Assembly (NCBI GenBank): GCA_951406725.2
Contig: OX597835.1
Coordinates: 7,316,001 to 7,380,000, forward strand
Source: Octopus vulgaris
Taxonomy: Eukaryota
Length of the DNA: 64,000 nt
Direction of reading: 5' to 3'
The translations under genes were made by a program, and so were the position numbers. The notes under the pieces are model-generated. The model was not told the origin of the DNA. It did no database searches and worked only from the letters and a program-made list of their open reading frames with translations. How positions within the stretch are numbered: position 1 is the first letter of the stretch; each line of letters begins with the position of its first letter. Shown piece by piece: positions 1-13,720 of the stretch.

Positions 1-32
1 AAGGTTTATTTATCTCTTTCTCTCTCTCTCTC

Positions 33-100
<68 letters not shown>

Positions 101-216
101 CAATTTATATAAATAAGGATAAGATCGTTAATTTAAAATAAAATAAGGAACTTATCAAGTGGCCAGCATGGAAAAAAATAACCTTCAAAGGTATTAATTA
201 TTAAAATTATACCCTA

Positions 217-279
<63 letters not shown>

Positions 280-647
280 CTAGCAGTATCGCCCGGCGTT
301 GCTCAGGTTTGTAAGGGAAATAACTATAAAGCATTTTTAGAGAGTTATAGTCAAAAAATAGCAAAAACATGGAATAAAATGATGGTAAATTTTTTTTTGA
401 GATTTAAAAAAAGGTGGAGTTTGTGGTTTGTGTTTCTGATTCTCGACCCCATGTCGAATTTATCGATTTTTTTTCAGAACTGGGGGAACTTTTCAAAATT
501 TTCGCTGCGTTAGTTTTGAATTATGACATTGGGCTATGTGTGTGTCAAGTTTCATCAGAATCGGTTGAAAGCCGTGGTCAGGGTGAGGGTACAAGCAAAC
601 AGACACACAGAAACACGCACAGACAAACTGCCGTTTATATATAGAGA
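280..647 (-). mobile_element. Non-autonomous Helitron (5' type 1)
   Basis: Minus strand starts TCTCTATATATAAA and ends with hairpin CCTGAGCAACGCCGGG plus CGATACTGCTAG; inserted between A and T. Near-identical to 55667-56037. Confidence 0.85.
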
Positions 648-1153
648 TATATATATATATATATATATATATCACTTTTAAGTTATCTCTATAGGTATTC
701 TATAGAACTGAGTGCCATTGCGATCGAAGATTGAAAAATAGGTAAGTGGGGCATATGCATATTTTGGGAGTTACCTAGTTTTCTCTCCACGGTCGCATTG
801 CTTACAATGGTGTATTCGTATGCAGAACGTCGCAATTTACAGTGCTGGCTCTAAATTCCATAGAGTATCGATAGAAATACTAAACCGAGTGTCTTTGCAC
901 CCAGTATTCTAATGAGTCTACTAATTCGCCACCCTATTATGACAGCTGCCTATACTTTGATTCATTTATCTCTTTGGTTCTCTCATTTCACTGCGGCCAA
1001 ACTGGAGCACGGCATTGAAAGGCTTTTGACGAACAAATCGACCCCAGAAATCATTTATTAAGCTTAGTAATTTTTTTCTCTCGTTCTCCTTTTTCCGAAC
1101 CGTTAAGTTACAGGGACGTAAAGATAATAATGATGATAATAATAATAATAATA

Positions 1154-1206
<53 letters not shown>

Positions 1207-1330
1207 AATAATAATAATAATAATGATAATAATAATAATAATGATAATAATAATAATGATGATGATGATGATGATCATAATAATAATAATAATAATAATG
1301 ATAATAATAACAATAATTATAATAATAATG

Positions 1331-1377
<47 letters not shown>

Positions 1378-2126
1378 GATTTCTTTGTTAATAACTAGAG
1401 ATTCACAAAAGACCCTAAGGACGGTACAGCTCAATCACATGTGGGGTTAGATGAAATGAAACGTGTAAGCAGTGGAAGCCTGTACCGGTTGTCAAGCGGA
1501 GATGGTATGACAAATACAGACTCACACACACACATACACAATGGGCTTCTTTCAGTTTCCGTCTCCCAAATCCACTCACCAGGCTTTGGACGGCACGTGG
1601 CTATAGTAGAAGACACTCAAGTTGCCCTGCAGTGGGACTGAAACCGGAACCGTGGTGGTTCGGAAGCAGACATCCCAACCGTGTGGTTGGGAAGTCTTAC
1701 CACACAGCCACCCCTGCGCATATACAGTGCAATAATTTAATAAGACAACAGATCATTTCATTCCCTTCCCCCGCTGTCGAGTCGTGTCCAAGAACGAATT
1801 TCTTCATATTACAAGCATCCACTGGACAACATGGCGATTACACGTCAAAACGAATAACGAATGGCGTCGAGATGCACAGAAGACGGTATATGACAACAGT
1901 CTATGGGGACCTGCTTTGACGACCTTGACAAGGAGATCAAGCCAAAGACTTCACCATTAATTATGGACCACTCTTTGTCTTTAAAAGCCATTTCGATTCT
2001 TTATTACCGAACAAGACGTGCAAACAAAAGTACGAGGAACGGCACCTTGGGCAAGTATCTTTTACTATAATCCCGGACCTGACTAATGCTTTGTAACTGA
2101 ATTTCGTAAACGGAAAATGTATACAG

Positions 2127-2164
<38 letters not shown>

Positions 2165-3049
2165 TGTATGTGTGTGTGTGTGTGTGGGTGTATGTATGTA
2201 TATCTATCTATCTATCTAACTATCTCTCTCTCTATATATATATTATATATGTATATATGTATATGTGTGTGTGTGTGTGTTCATATATGTATATATTATC
2301 TCGCAGGAAGGCCTAGTGGATTAGTGTTCTGTCTCTGCCTTCGAAACTTGCTCGACTCTACTAGCGACAGCTGATGACGTGGGTTTTTTCCTTGTGTAGT
2401 ACGTCCTGTAACTGTTTTTTTCGTTTTCTTGTTTTTTGCTTTTTGTTTTTCTTGTTGTTTGTTTTTTTTATTTTCCCGTTTCTACGTCTTATTGTGGTGT
2501 CCTGTACTCATGTATAATTATTTATATATGCATGTATATATACATGTAGATGTAGGTACGTACATATTTGTTTGTATGTATGCATATATTTTTTATTTAT
2601 CACACATATATATATATATATCCTAAATTTTATTTTAGATTTTATGAGAGTAACTCATTTTGTTGTTAAATGCTCGAAATGAAGAGTAGATAGACAACCG
2701 ACAACTGATGGAGGGTCCATTTTGTGTTAACTGCCTTCCATTTTTCTCGTTGTTTACGTATTTCAAGTTATTTAAAGCGTTTGTGACGTCCTGTACCCAT
2801 ATACATGAATATATATATATATATACACACACAGACAAATACACACACACGCGCACACTCACACACACACACACGCGCACACAAACACACACACACATAC
2901 ACACAAACACATACACACATACACACACAGATATATATATATACAGTAGAACATCGCAGTACGAGTGCACCATTCTATGAGTAATTTGCTGTACGAGCCG
3001 AGACAAAAAAACTACCTGGCTAACGTTCCTCAAAACGGTTCTGACTCCA

Positions 3050-3305
3050 AACGAATACAAATATCTCCACGATGGCGTAGGAGAGTATCTACATTGGAAA
3101 ATATGTAAACACTACAAAATCAGCTCTGCTGCTTTCTGGTACGAACGATCATCCTGAGCCAGTCTTTGAAGGTTAAAAAAATATCACTATCCTCCCGTAT
3201 TTTCCAGTCAACACTGACAGAACGATCCAGGCTAATCGACCAGACATAATTATTAAAGACAAGGAAGAAAATACATGTAAACTTAATAGATGTAAGTGTT
3301 CCTAT
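3050..3305 (+). mobile_element. R4/Dong-like non-LTR retrotransposon fragment (restriction-like endonuclease region), degraded
   Basis: HDGVGEYLHWKICKHYKI..WYE..PEPVFEG..ITIL..FPVNTDRTIQANRPDIIIKDKEENTCKL..DVSVP (PD..D RLE motif), with frameshifts. Confidence 0.8.
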
Positions 3306-3433
3306 TTATCGAAAAATATCTGTAAGCTTTCAGTCATGTCGTAACGCTTATTCTGCAATGGTTCCAAGACGCTTGGTGTGTCTAGGAATGTGATTGTAAC
3401 AAATATGCAGGTTAAAAGTAAAAGTGACAATGC

Positions 3434-3502
<69 letters not shown>

Positions 3503-3503
<1 letters not shown>

Positions 3504-3784
3504 CAGAAAGTGGAATCTAAAAACAGACACAATCCCTATCATGGTAGGTGCATTAGGCACGATAAAAAAATATTCAGACAAATACATAACAAAAACACCA
3601 GGACTTACAAACACATATAACATACAGAAAATTGCACTACTAGGCACTGCACACATCCTACGCAGAACACTTTCCATACAATAACCATCAGAGCATCACA
3701 ACAAATCACAGCACATACCCAAGGCACACAGAGCTGCGCTCGGTAGTGAAGTGAAAGCACGCTATAAAAATAAAACTACTGAAC
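3503..3784 (+). mobile_element. R4/Dong-like LINE 3' end (C-terminus plus 3' UTR) inside (TAA)n
   Basis: KWNLKTDTIPIMVGALGTIKK...IQKIALLGTAHILRRTLSIQ*; (TAA)n on both sides. Confidence 0.85.
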
Positions 3785-3849
<65 letters not shown>

Positions 3850-4026
3850 GATATTGAGGCGGTGAGCTAGCAGAATCGTTAGCACAGCGAGCTGGATTGA
3901 TAAAGTCTGTACCAGTGAAATACTGAGGTCGTTGTAATCGACCAGTCCCCACCCACGAAATTTCAGATCATGTGCCTACAGTAGAAAGGATTGTTATTAT
4001 CATCATCATCATTATTATATTTATTA

Positions 4027-4367
<341 letters not shown>

Positions 4368-5219
4368 GTTTACATACACACATATTTTGCGAGATAGCTA
4401 GCTAGATACATACCAATATACATAGTACATACATGCATGCATACATTACCAGTCTTCTGCGCACACGTATCTGGCTATGTGGGGTGTGGGGCTGGAATTA
4501 TTACCAGTATAAGTGTACTTTAAATCGATGTTACCATTGTTGTTGTCGTTGCTGCAACAGATGCTAATCGGTATGAGAACAACGATGACGACGACGACGA
4601 CAACGACGAATTTATATATTCTACACCTAATTGTATAAATACTACGAAACTTGTACAATTCATTTTCGACATACGCAGTACAACATAGAGAGACAACGGC
4701 TAAATAAATGGATAAATGGATAAAACAGCGGTCAGAAAACGAAACACAACAAATACTGCAAGACAGCAGAATCTGATACCATTTACCAAAGATTAATTCT
4801 TCATTCTCCTTTCCTCAAGACGTTGCTGTATGAACTCCCCACCTCACACACACACACACACTCGCACACGCACGCATGCACACACGTGCACACACTCACA
4901 CTCACACACCTTATATCGAGGGCACCTGCTTTAGGTGGAAACACATGTACAACTGTTGGAAACGTAAAAGATAAGAAAATAATGATAATATTAATTCTTT
5001 CGACTACAGGCATAAGGTCTGAAATTTTGGGGAAGGGGACGAGTCGATTACATCAGCTCCAGTATTTTACTGGTACTTAATTTATCGACACTCACCCCAC
5101 CGAACAAAAAGATGTGCGGCAAATTCAAACGCAGCAGAACTCAGAACATGAAAACGGATGAAATGCCATTTAGAATCTTGGCCGGCGTACTAACGATTCT
5201 GCCAGCTCAGTACCTTAAC

Positions 5220-5275
<56 letters not shown>

Positions 5276-5277
<2 letters not shown>

Positions 5278-5825
5278 GCCCTGATGCGGTTCCAGATAGT
5301 GGCACTCATGGCTCCTGATCTTAACTCATGGACTCTCATCTTAACTGATTGGAAGTGTTATCATGTACATTGTTTTGTCTTGGTAAAAAAGATAGGCTAC
5401 AGCAAATATTCTGCTCAATACCACAGATTTGCTTGTCAGTTGTTTGACCTTAACCAGTTGAGCATGTCCCTTAGTGGCTGACGATATATGCATCTCCGAT
5501 CACGTGCAGAAGTAGTGGGAGAGCATCATAGGTTTGGATAATTCACCTTTGGAAACATGGGTGGTTCATTCATCATCCTTAAACAATCCTTATTCAGGGA
5601 CCTTTTGAGCGGATGGGCTTCTCAACCTGAAGAAAATTGTAACTGGGCCCCACCTGCAAGGTCATGTGCTGTTTATCTTGATATGAGATCACCATGTCAC
5701 GCACATATGGTTGTGATGCATGTGCCTAGTGTACCCTTATCATACGGGTAGTCATGATGGGTATACTGGGCTTCGTATATTCTACCCCAGTGTCACTTTG
5801 ATGGCATGCACTGCTCTCTCAGTCA
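5276..5825 (+). mobile_element. ~550-bp non-coding repeat embedded in (TAA)n, probable non-autonomous partner of R4/Dong LINEs
   Basis: Full-length homologue with the same ends at 62591-63146 and a 3'-end-only copy at 31345-31463; all adjoin TAA tracts. Confidence 0.7.
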
Positions 5826-5842
5826 TAATAATAATAATGATA

Positions 5843-6699
5843 GCAAGAGCACTCAGAGAGCGCAGACCTCCACCAAGGCCACTCAAACGTCCTCCCAACG
5901 ATTTTAAAATGAGAATATAAGAAATAAACTCGATTGCTCTCACAAATGAGAATACTAAAAATGAACTCGAACGCTCTCAAAAATTAGGTATATTTATCAC
6001 CATTAAGGTCTATTGTGAAAAATTTATCCGTGCGTTGAAGAAAACGGAAAGGGTCTGCATACGGTGCTGTTAAGGGAGGATTAAGAACATTGTTGCGCAG
6101 AAAAAAAATGAGTCCAAGAAGTAAAGCTTCCTTCAAGACAGAGATAGAAATGCAATTGTCAGGTAGGATTTAAACAAGAGCGATATACTCAAAATTCGTA
6201 AAACTAAAAATTGTCGAGGCCAAATTAAATTTGTTATTGTTAATGAAGATGTTAAGAGTTATTTAATTTCTGAACGGTTTTGCTGCCGTTTATTTATGGA
6301 GTTTGATTTCTTTATCTATGAGTTTTTAATAAGATAGAGACGCGAGTAAAATTAATAATAGAGAAAGGAAGATAAAACTTTGGAAACAGCAATGCCGCCA
6401 TAACTTACGTGGAAACACATGAACGTGTTTTCAAGGGAGATAATCAGGGAAAGACTTGAAAGTGAACGTAAGATCGAAATACTTCATGTTTAAGTAAAGT
6501 AAATGTAACAAATAATCCACAATCCTTGCCCAGTACCGGATCAATCCTAAAATCTAATCAGTTCGTGCCAGTCACGAGGCCAAACATCTCTGAAAGTTTC
6601 ATCCGAATCCATCCATCAGTTCTTGAGATATCTTGTCCACGGACAAACAAACAAACACGACTGAAAACAATACCACCGCCTACGCTGAGGCGGAGGTAA
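5843..6699 (-). mobile_element. Helentron-associated (HINE/DINE-1-like) element, long form
   Basis: Minus strand TTACCTCCGCC..GGCGGTGGTA 5' hairpin/subTIR, (GTTT)n, and 3' CCTTGGTGGAGGT plus GCGCTCTCTGAGTGC hairpin. Homologous to 26852-27200. Confidence 0.7.
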
Positions 6700-6920
6700 T
6701 ATTGATCCCTTCTAATAAAATCACAAGGCCTGGAATTTGAGGGAAGGGGAATAGTCGATAAGTTCGACCTCAGTACTTGGCTGGTACTTAATTTATCAAA
6801 ACTGAAAGGATGAAAGGCAAAGTCAACTTCGGTGGAATTTCGTCCATCATGGTAGGGAGATGTAATTTGTGTGCCTGTGCCTCTGTGCATATCTATGCGT
6901 GTCTGTGAGTGCATGTATAT

Positions 6921-7269
6921 ATAACTATATAAGCATTTTTAGAGAGTTATAGCAAAAAAAATAGCAAAAAAATGGAAAACAAATGATGGAAAATCTTTTA
7001 AAAAATCGTTGACTCATCGTAGACATTTTTAGAGAGTTACTTCCCTTATATAATAGCGAAAAAATGCATTAAAATGGAAAAAAAATGATGGTAATTTTTT
7101 TTTTAAATCGTAGACTCATCGTAGACGCGCGCTAATACCCAGATGGGCTCAATATGAATCACGACTATAAGATACCCGGTTTTGGTTAAATTGCACCGCA
7201 AAATGTGGGAGTAGTTAGGAATCTAAATCGTAGGAGACAGACACACAGCTTGACTTTTATATATAAAGA
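6921..7269 (-). mobile_element. Non-autonomous Helitron (5' type 2), 3' terminus missing
   Basis: Reverse-complement homology to 7967-8225, with an internal duplicated AT-rich block. Confidence 0.75.
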
Positions 7270-7280
7270 TATATATATAT

Positions 7281-7607
7281 GCTGAGAGATCCTCCTCCGG
7301 TCATGTCTGACCATGGGATTGCACCTAGAAAGTTACCCCCACAGGCATAAGTCCGGGCAAATTTGTTTATGGAAGACCAGCAGTCGCCCATGCATACCAG
7401 CTTCCCCTCTCCAAGCCATCAGTGTTATGCAAGAGAAAGGCAAAGGAGCTGATACAGCTTGGCAACTCATTTCTACAGCTGAGTGAACTGGAGCAACGTG
7501 AAATAAAGTGTCTTGCTCAAGAACACAACACGTAGCCAGGTCCAGGATTCGAACTGAGAACCTCACGACCATAAGTTCGACGCTCTAACCACTAAGCCAT
7601 GTGCTTT
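7281..7607 (-). mobile_element. tRNA-derived CORE-type SINE (family D)
   Basis: TGGCTTAGTGG A box, GTTCGAATCC B box, CORE-like GTGTTCTTGAGCAAGACACTTTATTTCACGTTGCTCCAGTTCACTCAGCTGTAGAAATGAGT. Confidence 0.8.
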
Positions 7608-7619
7608 CACATATGTATG

Positions 7620-7670
<51 letters not shown>

Positions 7671-7683
7671 CTGTGTATATATG

Positions 7684-7742
<59 letters not shown>

Positions 7743-7966
7743 TGTGTATATAGGCATTTCTATATTTATAGAAGGTTTTCGCAACGTAGGTTTTGCAACG
7801 TAGGTTTTGGCGGGAAAAATAAAGTCAGATACCTTTTGATAGCCCTTGTATATGTACACACCTACACACAAAACCGTACACACACATGCACACATGCATA
7901 CACAAACTCACAAACACACATGCACGCACACACATACACACATACACACTCACACACATATACAAA

Positions 7967-8268
7967 TCTTTATATATAAAAGAGAGGTTGTGTGCTGTCT
8001 GTCTCTTACGATTTAGATTCGTAACTACTCTCACATTTTGCGGTGCAGTGTAACCAAAAGCGAGTATCTTATAGTCGTGATTCATATCGAGCCCTTCTGG
8101 GTATTAGCGCGCGTCTACGATGAGTCTACGATATAAAAAAAAAATTACCATAATTTTTTCCCATTTTTAATGCAATCTTTTGCTATTATATAAGGGAAGT
8201 AACTCTCTAAAAATGCTTATATAGTTTTTACCCTTACAAACCCGAGCAACGCCGGGCGATACTGCTAG
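7967..8268 (+). mobile_element. Non-autonomous Helitron (5' type 2)
   Basis: A|TCTTTATATATAAA...CCCGAGCAACGCCGGGCGATACTGCTAG|T. Confidence 0.85.
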
Positions 8269-8589
8269 TATATATATATATAGGGAAAGATAAAAATATA
8301 CAAAGACACATGTGTATATATTTATAGGTAGATAGATAGAGAGAGAAAGAGAGAAAGTGAGAGGGAGAGGTGGAGAAGATAGATTGACAAGCAGGCAGAT
8401 GGATAATCAGACTGATACACAGAGAGACACACGGAGAGTCAGGCATTCAAGCAGGCAGACAGACTGGAATTCGGATAGATAGATAGATAGAAGAGGGGAA
8501 AGGGGAGAGAAGGAGAGTGGAGATAGGGATGGGGAGAGAGAGAGATTAAGAGAGGAAACGTTGTCAGTGCAGCAAAATGAACATTATAT

Positions 8590-9007
8590 ACCTATTTCTT
8601 TACTACCCACATGGGGCTAAACACAGAGAGGACAAACAAGGACAGACAAACGGATTAAGTCGATTACATCGAACCCAGTGCGTAACTGGTACTTAATTTA
8701 TCGACCCCGAAAGGATGAAAGGCAAAGTCGACCTCGGCGGAATTTCAACTCACAACGTAACGGCAGACGAAATACCTATTTCTTTATTACCCACAAGGGG
8801 CTAAACATAGAGGGGACAAACATGGACAGACATAGGTATTAAGTCGATTACATCGACCCCAGTGCTTAACTGGTACTTAATTTATCGACCCCGAAAGGAT
8901 GAAAGGCAAAGTCGACCTCGGCGGAATTTGAACTCACAACATAACGGCAGACGAAATACCGCTAAGGATTTCGCCCGGCGTGCTAACGTTTCTGTCAGCT
9001 CGAGCCT
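8590..9007 (-). mobile_element. tRNA-derived SINE family B (Meta-domain-like central segment), tandem dimer
   Basis: Head GGC.CGAGCTG.CAGAAACGTTAGC, B box GAGTTCAAATTCC, central GACTTTGCCTTTCATCCTTTCGGGGTCGATAAATTAAGTACCAG duplicated with ~181-bp period. Confidence 0.85.
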
Positions 9008-9363
9008 TATATACTTGTGTATATATATATATATATATATATATGCATGCCTGTACGCATGTATGTAGGTATGTTTGTATGAGCGTGTATATAAACATCC
9101 ATTTATGGACACTCGATATTGGTAGAATCATTACACTGCAAAACAAAATGTCTTGCGGTGTTCGGATGCGATCCTGTATGTTCTGGTTTCAAGTAGCGGC
9201 AAGTTTGAAGGCATTCACTTTCATTCTTGTGGGATCAATAGCTTACTGTATCAATCAAATATTGGAGATCGATATAACTACGCTCAGTTCCTAATGGTGA
9301 GTTAGCATATATACATATATATATACATATACATACATACATACATACATATATACATACATT

Positions 9364-9446
<83 letters not shown>

Positions 9447-9486
9447 ATATATATGTATATATATATATACATATACACACACACAA

Positions 9487-9527
<41 letters not shown>

Positions 9528-9996
9528 CACACACAAACCTTTTATTCTTTTATTTGATTTAGTCATTTAACTGCGGCCATGCTGGAGCACCGCCTTTAAG
9601 CTGTTTTCTAGTCGAAGAAATCGACCCCTGAACTTATATTTGTAAGCCTAGTACTTATTCTAACGGTCTCTTATCGCTGAACCGCTAGCTTACGGGAACG
9701 TAAACACACTAAAATCGGTTAATAAACGGTGTTCCCTTCCACCCCAACATCGCTTGACAACCGATGCTGGTGTCTTTACGTAACCGTTATTTAGCAGTTC
9801 GGCAAAAGAGATCGATAGAATAAGTACTAGGCTTACGAAGAATAAGTCTCAACTAAGGGCGGTGCTCCAGCATGGCCACATTCAAATTACTGAAATAAAT
9901 AAACGAGTATACGTACGACGGGCTTCTTTCAGTTTCCGTCTGTCAAATCCAGAGGCTATACTATAAATGCATACACGGAAACATAAATACAGGACG

Positions 9997-10038
<42 letters not shown>

Positions 10039-10204
10039 AACTTACGCGCGCGCGTGCAACACTTGATGTGTCAGCAGCTACAGTCCTTTTCGATAATTGC
10101 CATACATGTAAGCATTACGATTCTGTCAAACAAGGAAGCAAACTAGCGTGTATCTATATAGATATATACATACATTCAACGACACGGACGGACACACATA
10201 TATC

Positions 10205-10242
<38 letters not shown>

Positions 10243-10291
10243 TTATCATACACTGTATATATATATATATATATATGTCTGTGTGTGTATG

Positions 10292-10322
<31 letters not shown>

Positions 10323-10347
10323 ATATTTATATATATATATATATAAC

Positions 10348-10531
10348 ACGTTTCAGTCATTTGACTGCGGCCATGTTGGAGCACCCGTTTTAGTCGAGCA
10401 AATCGACCCCATGACTTATTCTTTGGAAGCCTAGTACTTATTCTATCGGCCTTTTTTGCCGAGCCGCTAAGTTACGGGGACGTAAACTCACCACCATGGG
10501 TTCTCAAGCGATCTTAGAGGGACAGAACACA

Positions 10532-10568
<37 letters not shown>

Positions 10569-10753
10569 ACACACACACACACACATATATACGACGGGCT
10601 TCATTCAGTTTCCGTCAACCAATTCCACTCAGAAGGATTTGGTCGGCCTGAGACTGTAGTTGAAGACCCCTGCCCAAGGTGCCGTGCAGTGGGAATGAAC
10701 CCGGGACCATGTGGTTAGTAAGCAAGCTACTTAACACACAGCCACTCCTGCGC
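10348..10753 (-). mobile_element. tRNA-derived SINE family A (CORE-like segment, internal microsatellite)
   Basis: Head GCGCAGGAGTGGCTGTGTG (A box)..GGTTCATTCCC (B box), CCTTGGGCAGGGG, internal (TG)n, conserved 3' part. Confidence 0.85.
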
Positions 10754-10754
10754 T

Positions 10755-10802
<48 letters not shown>

Positions 10803-10912
10803 GACGGGATTCTTTCAGTTTCCGGCTACCAAATCCTGTCACAATGCTTTGGTCCAGCCGGGGCTAGAGTAGAAGACACGCGCCCAAATGCCACGCAGTG
10901 AGACTTAACCCA

Positions 10913-10968
<56 letters not shown>

Positions 10969-10972
<4 letters not shown>

Positions 10973-11174
10973 AAAATGAAAGCGAAGTAAATGCAAGGTA
11001 AATCACAAGAAAACATATATGTGAATTAAGGCAGACAGACCTTGTATTCGATATTTCGGCGTTATGACCCCATTTTGAAGATCTCGACGAATGTTGAATG
11101 CAAGGTAAGTCTACAATGATTCACATATTTGTTTTCTTGTGATTTACCTTTCATCTACTTTGCATTGTTTTGGC
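10969..11174. repeat. ~205-bp imperfect palindrome (fold-back / MITE-like)
   Basis: Arms of about 85 bp, e.g. AAGGTAAATCACAAGAAAACATATATGTGAAT versus ATTCACATATTTGTTTTCTTGTGATTTACCTT, with a short spacer. Confidence 0.8.
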
Positions 11175-11451
11175 CTTACACACGATACCTTATACAATAT
11201 ATATATACATACATATAAGTAATTTATGTATATAAAAACAGAACCACTTTCAACTCAATGAACACTAAAATATTTTATACCCGACCACTCCATAAAATGT
11301 TAAGAATTAAATCTTATACTAACTATATCTCTTCTGAATCCTGTATTTTCCGTCTATAAAACTACACGTGTTTCATGAAAGTATGGAAGTACGTCGGTAT
11401 TGATTATATATATATATATATATATATACATATATACACACATATATATGT

Positions 11452-11514
<63 letters not shown>

Positions 11515-12429
11515 TATACACATATATATATATGTATATATATATATATGTATATTTATATATATACATATATATATACACACACATATATATACATATG
11601 TATATATATAGAGAGAGGAGGGTGGGAAAAAGAGATAGATAGATAGATAGATAGATGGATGATTTATAGGATTCGGTAGGATTTAGGCGCATGAAGACGT
11701 CGGATGTCGGAACTAGCTCGGTACCTTACCATAGTGTTTACACTAAGGTACAGCGGCCACGCGGTCACCTGTGTTGGTTGTACTCTGCAGATATGTAGAT
11801 ATGTTATGTACAAAATATAATTTAAACCGTCGAACCGTCTCTCGATGTGTTCCAGGTATGGTGTAGGAATAAAAGAAAGAACACGAATGGGGTTTAAATT
11901 TTAACCCCACTTAACTTTATCCCTATATACATATATATATACACACACATACACATATACACATACACACACACACACACAAATATATATACATGCAAAC
12001 ACACACGCACACGCGTGTATACACATACACGCACACACCCATATATACATACATACTTTGGGCATCGGATGGTACCCTTGGGTGAGAGAGTCAGATGGTA
12101 ACGGATCCGAAACACCTTATCCCTAAGGGAAAGCTGATGGTTGTTACGTCCGAATATATCACACGATTATACATGGTTAAAAAAAACTATACTTTTATGT
12201 GTGTGTGTGTGTATGTGTGTGTATGTATGTATGTATGTATGTGTGTGTGTGTATGTATGTATGTATGTATGTATGTATGCGTAAACATGGTCCGGGAACA
12301 TGTGTGCATGGTCGCATTCCCATACGGGAGCTAGTTTATAATTTCATTTCTCTTTTCTTTTGTTCCTTTTCCTTTTCTTCTTTTTTTATTTTATTTTATT
12401 TTTTTTGTTCTTTTTTTCCCTTCCCTTTT

Positions 12430-12532
12430 GTTTCTTTTGTTTTTTGTTTTTCTCATCCTCCAAAAAGAAAAGCTCTACCTTGTAACTTGTCCCATCTGTG
12501 TGCAGCCCTGTGTGGCCAATAAAGAAACTTAT
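12430..12532 (+). mobile_element. Short 3' end of an unclassified retroelement (AATAAA-terminated). Copies at 13720-13830 and 16251-16345 are on the minus strand next to (GATA)n.
   Basis: AAAAGAAAAGCTCTACCTTGTAACTTGTCCCATCTGTGTGCAGCCCTGTGTGGCCAATAAAGAAAC occurs three times (third copy with a few substitutions). Confidence 0.6.
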
Positions 12533-12599
12533 AATAGATGTTTGAAACTTATGTCAATTAATATAGAAATATGGACATAGAAATGTATAAGAAGGAGAG

Positions 12600-12984
12600 A
12601 CAAAGAAGCCCAGAATGAAAGAAAGAAAGGAAGGAAAGAAGTAAGAAAGAAAGAAAGAAAGCATGAAAGAAAGAAATTTTTGAATGAATGACGAAAACAA
12701 AAGCACAAGTAACAAGTAACCGATCGTATGCAGAAAGAAGAGAAGGAAATAATTAATGAATGACTGACTGACGAATGAGTGAATGAATGAATGAATGAAT
12801 GAATGAAGGAAGGAAGGAAGGAAGGAAGGAAGGAAGAGAAATGGATATTTGAAAGAGAGAAAAGAAAGAATAGATGAATAAATGACAGCAGGAGATGAAT
12901 GAGAGAGTGAGAAAGAGAGGAAGGAAAGAATGAAGAATGAAAAAAATAAGGAAAGACTGTGAAAGAACGGAAGAATGATAAAGC

Positions 12985-13031
<47 letters not shown>

Positions 13032-13221
13032 AAAAGAAAGGAAGAAAGAAAGAAAGAAAAAGAAAGGAAGAAAGAAAAAGAAAGGAAGAAAGAAAGAAAG
13101 AGGATATTTGAGAGAGAGGGAGAGAGAGAGAGAGAGTGAGAGAGAGAGAGACTGGGGGAGAGAAAGTTGATCGAAAAAAGACGATAAAAAGAAATAGTGA
13201 AAAGGAGAGAGTCAGAAAGAG

Positions 13222-13252
<31 letters not shown>

Positions 13253-13452
13253 CAGATTAAGGAAGAATGAAAGGAAGTAAAAAAAGAGGAAAAGCAAATA
13301 GGTTGAGAGAGGTAGATAGACGAACGGACAGACAGACAGACAGACAGATAGTGAGAGAAAGAGAGAGAGAGACAGATAGACGGACGGGTAGAAGGACAGA
13401 CCGGTAGACGGACGACGGAGAGACGTAGGGAGAGATAGATTGATAGATAGAG

Positions 13453-13511
<59 letters not shown>

Positions 13512-13593
13512 GACAGACAGACAGACAGGCAGACAAACTGACAGACAGATCGACGGACGGACGACAGACAGACGCATAGATAGACAGACGAAG

Positions 13594-13692
<99 letters not shown>

Positions 13693-13720
13693 GAGATAGA
13701 TAGATAGATAGATAGATAGA
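12600..13720. repeat. Purine-rich compound microsatellite block (GAAA, GAAT, GA, GACA, GATA)
   Basis: Direct inspection. Confidence 0.95.

Noticed and set aside
2340-2390. Hammerhead at GAAAC...CTGATGA (also CTGATGA near 42338 and CTGACGA on the minus strand near 31500)
   Set aside because: Core words are present but no consistent stems I-III or correctly placed GAAA could be built.
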